Shown here: positions 57,998 to 64,000 of the stretch, piece after piece
How positions within the stretch are numbered: the stretch's first letter is position 1
Layout: every line of letters begins with the position of its first letter
DNA from: Loktanella sp.
GTDB taxonomy: Bacteria; Pseudomonadota; Alphaproteobacteria; Rhodobacterales; Rhodobacteraceae
Reading direction: 5' to 3'
Assembly: GCA_017542965.1 (NCBI GenBank)
Contig: JAFWEI010000008.1
Location: 16,920 to 80,919 of the forward strand
Length of the DNA stretch: 64,000 nucleotides
Program-made: the position numbers and the translations under genes
Notes under the pieces: generated by a model
What the model saw: only the letters and a program-made list of their open reading frames with translations
Told to the model about the DNA's origin: nothing
Databases searched by the model: none

Positions 57998-60286
57998 ATG
58001 AACAAAGCCATCACCGACGCTATCGTTTTCAACCCTTTGCCATTTGCGGCGGGCCTTGGGGTCTGGTCCAGCGGCGATGGCACGCCGGGGTCCGATACCT
58101 ATGCTGTCAGCGGGTCGGGGGTGTTTGTCGCCGCCGATCAGGATTTCGCGGGCTGTCTGGAAGTGTTGAAAGTCGGACCCATCGCCCGCGTCCGTTACAT
58201 GGGGCAAACGCCGGTTCTGCCCGGCTGCTATCTGCGTGTCACCGTGCGGGTCAAGGCGGTGGCGGGCCCTTTGCCTGCCGTGCGCATCGCGGGCTGGCCG
58301 GGGCGCGCCAATGGCACCTTGTTGACAGGCCTGCCCACGACCGGCCCTGCCACGCAGCTGACCGCCTATGGCGCGGTTGTCACGATCAGCGCCATCATCG
58401 CCACTGCCGCGCGTACCGGCGTTGATCTGGTCTGGACCGGGGCGGATTACGGCCACCTGGGGCTGGACCTGACCGGCCCTGCGGGCGGGCTGGTGCGTAT
58501 CGACGATATCACCATCGAGGATGTCAGCAGCGTCTTTACCCGTGATCTGGTCAGCCTTGTCGATGTGCGTGATTTCGGTGCCAAGGGGGATGGCGTGACG
58601 GACGATTCTGCCGCTTTCATCGCCGCTGATGCGGCAGCGAACGGACGCACGGTGATGGTGCCTGCGGGCGATTACCTGTTGGCGGGCCATGTCACCATGC
58701 AGAACAACACCCGTTTCGAAGGCCGGATTGTGCAAGCCGCCGCACACCGGTTCATTTTGCAGAAAGGGTACAACTTCGACGCCTATCTTGATGCGTTCAA
58801 GGACGAGGAGATGGCGTTCAAGAAAGCCTATCAGGCGTTGATCAATTTTGCCGATCACGATTCGCTGGACTTGTGCGGGCGGCGCATCCTGCTGACCGCG
58901 CCTGTCGATATGCAGGCCTGCGACCCCGCGCGGCTGCGGTTCGAGACCCGCCGCGTGATCCGCAACGGTCAGTTCCAGCCCGATGACAGCGCCGCATGGG
59001 ACACAGCCGTGGTCACATCGCAGGCCAGCTATACGGCAGCCAATGACAGGCAACTGACCAATGTGACCGGGATCGCCAATATCGCGGTGGGGTCACTGGT
59101 CACCGGCGCGGGTGTCGGGCGCGAGATCTATGTGATGGCGGTGGATGTCGCGCAAGCACGCCTGACGCTGAGCAATCCGCTGTATGATGCCGAAGGCACG
59201 CAGGTTTTCACCTTTACCCGGTTCAGATACATGCTGGATTTTTCAGGCTATGAAAAACTGAGCCAGTTCATCCTGTCCGATATCGAATTCCAGGGGCGTG
59301 GTGTCGCCAGCGGGATCATGATGGCGCCCGATGGCGTGACCTTTCACATCCGCGATTGTTTCATCAACCGGCCCCGCGACCGTGGCGTGTCATCGCCCGG
59401 CTATGGCTGTCAGGGGCTGATGATCGACCGCTGCCAGTTCATTTCGGATGAACAATCCGTGCCGGTCGCCGCCCGCGTCAGCATCGGGTTCAATGCCAAT
59501 GCCAATGACGTCAAGATCCGCGACAACCGCACCAGCCGGTTTTTGCATTTCTGCGTGCTGGCGGGGTCGGGCAACCTGATCACGGCAAACCACTGGTTTC
59601 ACGGCGATGACGAGCCGGGCAGCGTGCGCAAGGGCGGCATCGTGCTGACCCTGCCCAATCCGAAAAGCATTTTCACCGGCAATTACTGTGACAACAATTT
59701 TATCGAATGGACCAATGAACATACCAGCAGCCCTGCGCTGGGCGCGCAGTTTTCGTTTGGCGGGCTGACGATCACGGGCAATATGTTCACCACCAATGAT
59801 GTGGCCCCCTGGTTCAATTTCATCGTGATCAAACCCTATGGCCCCGGTCATTTCATCAATGGCTTTGCCGTCGTGGGCAATGTGTTCCGCGCGATCAATG
59901 GCCGCATCGACCGGGTCGAGATGGTGGATACCACCTTTGCCAATCTGGATTTCAGCCGCACCCGCAGTTTCGAATTCAGCGCCAACACCTTTCACAATGT
60001 CGATTTTCCGGTCGCGAACCCCGCCGTGCTGGCCCATAGCCAGACGACCGCCGCCACCACTTGGGTGATGGATACGGGGCAGGCCCTGCCCTTTGGCGGG
60101 CGCGCGCGCCATGTCGATTTCGTGATGCCCAGCGGCGCGATCACCACTGCGGCCAATGCCACGATCCGCGAGCTGCCCTGGGCCGAGGGCGAGCGCGGCA
60201 CCAACAAGCGATCCGTTCATCTGAACTGGAGCGTGCCGGTGCGTGGGGCCGTCCGCTATCAGGTGCGGATGGACAGGACGGGCTGA
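57998..60286 (+). CDS. Large right-handed beta-helix protein (Pectate_lyase_3 / GH28-related)
   Basis: VDVRDFGAKGDGVTDDSAAF...VMVPAGDY beta-helix cap, followed by many N/G/I-rich turn repeats; no signal peptide; start moved to 57998. Confidence 0.8.
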   Translation: MNKAITDAIVFNPLPFAAGLGVWSSGDGTPGSDTYAVSGSGVFVAADQDFAGCLEVLKVGPIARVRYMGQTPVLPGCYLRVTVRVKAVAGPLPAVRIAGWPGRANGTLLTGLPTTGPATQLTAYGAVVTISAIIATAARTGVDLVWTGADYGHLGLDLTGPAGGLVRIDDITIEDVSSVFTRDLVSLVDVRDFGAKGDGVTDDSAAFIAADAAANGRTVMVPAGDYLLAGHVTMQNNTRFEGRIVQAAAHRFILQKGYNFDAYLDAFKDEEMAFKKAYQALINFADHDSLDLCGRRILLTAPVDMQACDPARLRFETRRVIRNGQFQPDDSAAWDTAVVTSQASYTAANDRQLTNVTGIANIAVGSLVTGAGVGREIYVMAVDVAQARLTLSNPLYDAEGTQVFTFTRFRYMLDFSGYEKLSQFILSDIEFQGRGVASGIMMAPDGVTFHIRDCFINRPRDRGVSSPGYGCQGLMIDRCQFISDEQSVPVAARVSIGFNANANDVKIRDNRTSRFLHFCVLAGSGNLITANHWFHGDDEPGSVRKGGIVLTLPNPKSIFTGNYCDNNFIEWTNEHTSSPALGAQFSFGGLTITGNMFTTNDVAPWFNFIVIKPYGPGHFINGFAVVGNVFRAINGRIDRVEMVDTTFANLDFSRTRSFEFSANTFHNVDFPVANPAVLAHSQTTAATTWVMDTGQALPFGGRARHVDFVMPSGAITTAANATIRELPWAEGERGTNKRSVHLNWSVPVRGAVRYQVRMDRTG

Positions 60287-60299
60287 TTTCTGATCGCAA

Positions 60300-60315
60300 C
60301 GCCTAAATTTTAGGC
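60300..60315. promoter_or_regulatory. Putative NtrC-binding site upstream of ureD
   Basis: CGCC-TAAATTTTA-GGC fits the Rhodobacter NtrC pattern CGCC-N9(AT-rich)-GGC and is a near-perfect palindrome; about 100 nt upstream of ureD. Confidence 0.6.
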
Positions 60316-60414
60316 AAGTGACTACGAAATCGCGTTTTTGCTTGCCTTGGTGGCGCGCCATAGCTGGCCCTGCGCCGCCGATCCTTGGCACAAGAGGCCA
60401 AGGAAAGGCGGCAG

Positions 60415-61248
60415 ATGACCTATACCGCACAGATCGACATGGACCGCGCCGTGCCGTTGCAGCCCCGTGCGCAGGGGTTTCTGCGTCTTGTGGCCAAGCG
60501 CCGTGGCGCGCAAAGCGTGATTGCCGACCTGCGTCAGCAAGGCGCGCTGAAGGCGTTGTTTCCGCGCAGCTATGGCCCCACGCTGGATGCGGTGTTTCTG
60601 AATACGGCGGGCGGTTTGACCGGTGGCGACCGGATGGCGCTGGATGTCGTGGCGCAGGCGGGCGCGCATGTCGTGCTGTCGTCGCAGGCGGCGGAACGCG
60701 GCTATGCAGCCCTTGACGGTCATGTGGCGCGTGTGGATGTCACCTTGCAGGTGGCGCAGGGTGCGCGCATCGACTGGTTGCCGCAGGAGACCATCCTGTT
60801 TGATGCCGCAGCGCTTGACCGGCGGATGAGTGTCGATCTGGCGGGGTCCGCGCAATGCCTGATTGTGGAACCGGTGATCTTTGGCCGTGTCGCGATGGGC
60901 GAGGTTGTCCATACCCTGCATCTGCGCGACCAATGGCGTATCCGGCGCGACGGTGTGCTGGTCTTTGCCGATGCGATCCGCCTGATCGGCGATGCCGCTG
61001 CGCTGCTGGCGCGTCCTGCGATTGCAGGGGGCGCAGGCGCGATGGCGACGCTGTTGCTGGCAGCACCGCAGGCGGCGGCGCTGGCCGGCACGCTTGCGCT
61101 GCCCGATACCGCCGGTGCCAGCCTTTTGGCGGATGACCTGCTGCTGGTCCGGCTTTTGGCGGCGGATGGTTTCACCCTGCGCCGCGACCTTATCCCTTTG
61201 ATCGAGGCGCTGTCGTCGGCGCCGATCCCCCGTGTCTGGAGATTGTGA
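60415..61248 (+). CDS. ureD: Urease accessory protein UreD
   Basis: LRQQGALKALFP, LNTAGGLTGGD, DWLPQETILFD, FGRVAMGE; start moved to 60415. Confidence 0.93.
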   Translation: MTYTAQIDMDRAVPLQPRAQGFLRLVAKRRGAQSVIADLRQQGALKALFPRSYGPTLDAVFLNTAGGLTGGDRMALDVVAQAGAHVVLSSQAAERGYAALDGHVARVDVTLQVAQGARIDWLPQETILFDAAALDRRMSVDLAGSAQCLIVEPVIFGRVAMGEVVHTLHLRDQWRIRRDGVLVFADAIRLIGDAAALLARPAIAGGAGAMATLLLAAPQAAALAGTLALPDTAGASLLADDLLLVRLLAADGFTLRRDLIPLIEALSSAPIPRVWRL

Positions 61249-61251
61249 CCC

Positions 61252-61554
61252 ATGCAACTGACCCCGCGTGAAAAAGACAAATTGCTGATCGCGATGGCCG
61301 CCGAGGTGGCGCGCAAGCGGCTCGCCCGTGGTGTGAAGCTGAATTATCCCGAGGCGATTGCCCTGATCACCGATGCCGTCGTCGAAGGCGCGCGCGATGG
61401 CCGGTCGGTCGCCGATATGATGCAGGCGGGTGCCCATATCATCACCCGCGATCAGGTGATGGAGGGCATCGCCGAGATGATCCCCGAGGTGCAGGTCGAG
61501 GCGACCTTTCCGGATGGCACCAAGCTGGTGACGGTGCATGATCCGATCCGTTGA
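61252..61554 (+). CDS. ureA: Urease gamma subunit
   Basis: [36 protein letters not shown]. Confidence 0.98.
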   Translation: MQLTPREKDKLLIAMAAEVARKRLARGVKLNYPEAIALITDAVVEGARDGRSVADMMQAGAHIITRDQVMEGIAEMIPEVQVEATFPDGTKLVTVHDPIR

Positions 61555-61563
61555 AAAGAAGAT

Positions 61564-61590
61564 GAGTATTTTTGGAAATAAGAAGATGGG
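61564..61590 (+). repeat. Degenerate remnant of the repeat between ureA and ureB
   Basis: GAGTATTTTTGGAAATAAGAAGATGGG shares TATTT...GAAGATGGG with copies 1 and 6. Confidence 0.35.
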
Positions 61591-61599
61591 GGTCATGCG

Positions 61600-61905
61600 A
61601 TGAGACCGGGTGAAGTGATTGTGGGGCCAGGCGATCTGACGCTGAATGCCGGGGCAAAGGTGCTGGTGTTGCAGGTGGCCAATACAGGCGACAGGCCGGT
61701 GCAGGTGGGGTCGCATTTCCATTTTGCCGAGGTCAATCCGGCGCTGGATTTTGACCGCGTGGCCGCGCGCGGCATGCGGCTGGATATCGCCGCGGGCACC
61801 GCCGTGCGGTTCGAGCCGGGGCAAAGGCGCGATGTGTCGCTGATCCCCTTGTCGGGGGCGCGGCGTGTGTTTGGGTTCAATCAAGCTGTAATGGGGGATC
61901 TGTAG
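61600..61905 (+). CDS. ureB: Urease beta subunit
   Basis: [39 protein letters not shown]. Confidence 0.98.
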   Translation: MRPGEVIVGPGDLTLNAGAKVLVLQVANTGDRPVQVGSHFHFAEVNPALDFDRVAARGMRLDIAAGTAVRFEPGQRRDVSLIPLSGARRVFGFNQAVMGDL

Positions 61906-61906
61906 G

Positions 61907-63667
<1,761 letters not shown>

Positions 63668-63716
63668 TCATGATGCTGCATTGCAGAAAACGCATAGTGG
63701 CTTTGCGCAATGCGCG

Positions 63717-63745
63717 GTTGTTGGCACCGCGCACAGGCCCTAACT
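63717..63745 (+). promoter_or_regulatory. Possible RpoH-type promoter of the DUF1127 gene
   Basis: GTTG-N18-CCTAACT resembles the alphaproteobacterial RpoH layout (CTTG...CCTATNT). Confidence 0.3.
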
Positions 63746-63787
63746 TGGGTGCAGGGGGGAAAGATAACCGCATTATAGAGGTGCAAC

Positions 63788-64000
63788 ATGGCTTTCCACA
63801 CAGATACGATCCTGATCTCCAACCACGACATGCTGACCCGCTTTGTGATGACGCCGCTGCGCGCGCTGGGGCGGTTCATCATCAAGGTGTCCGAGGCGAC
63901 GGCACAAGCGCGTCTTTTGCACGAGCTGAACAACATGTCCGATGCCCAGCTCGAGGCATGGGGCATGACCCGCGCCGAAGCGACGGCAAAGTTCCTCAGC
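63788..64000 (+). CDS. Small DUF1127/YjiS-like protein, 3'-truncated by the window edge
   Basis: Not in the ORF track because it has no stop in the window. RBS GAGG, then MAFHTDT...QARLLHELNNMSDAQLEAWGMTRAE, matching the L..MSD..L...G..R.E pattern; open for 71 codons to the end. Confidence 0.75.
   Translation, partial: MAFHTDTILISNHDMLTRFVMTPLRALGRFIIKVSEATAQARLLHELNNMSDAQLEAWGMTRAEATAKFLS

Noticed and set aside
57998-60286. Beta-helix gene as evidence of a prophage
   Set aside because: No integrase, capsid, terminase, tail or att sites nearby; flanks are core genes with host-like composition.

Overview
GC-rich chromosomal core region of a Rhodobacteraceae/Roseobacter-group alphaproteobacterium (taxon inferred from gene content and order). 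It contains: ethylmalonyl-CoA pathway genes (mch, ecm, ccr); the succinate dehydrogenase operon (sdhCDA and sdhB), interrupted by a small lipoprotein gene and an antisense, frameshifted glycosyltransferase; deoD and an H-NS paralog; a purine-nucleoside ABC transporter operon with a second PNP and an embedded orphan ORF; tsaB/rimI/nfuA/usp; trpS, murJ, glnD; rsmI-yraN-gshB and comM; cobU; rpoH2; coaBC-dut-moeB-dcp; a GcvT-family oxidoreductase; nadD-dacB; class I lysS; a large beta-helix protein; ureDABC; and the start of a DUF1127 gene. I saw no prophage, IS, CRISPR, rRNA or tRNA. The most unusual signals are non-coding or hidden in sequence detail: (1) a 33-bp dispersed intergenic repeat (6 close copies plus 3 variants) sitting behind 3' gene ends in the sense orientation; (2) a two-hairpin element whose loops resemble the AbcR sRNA seed motifs; (3) a rhomboid lacking both catalytic residues; (4) an orphan, possibly immunity-like ORF coupled into the nucleoside ABC operon; (5) a single-base homopolymer frameshift in the glycosyltransferase; (6) several recognisable operator/promoter motifs (RpoE-type at rpoH2, Irr ICE at nfuA, CtrA at comM, NtrC at ureD, tandem TGTGATCACA at sdhC). 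All family assignments are from motif recognition by eye; no database searches were run.
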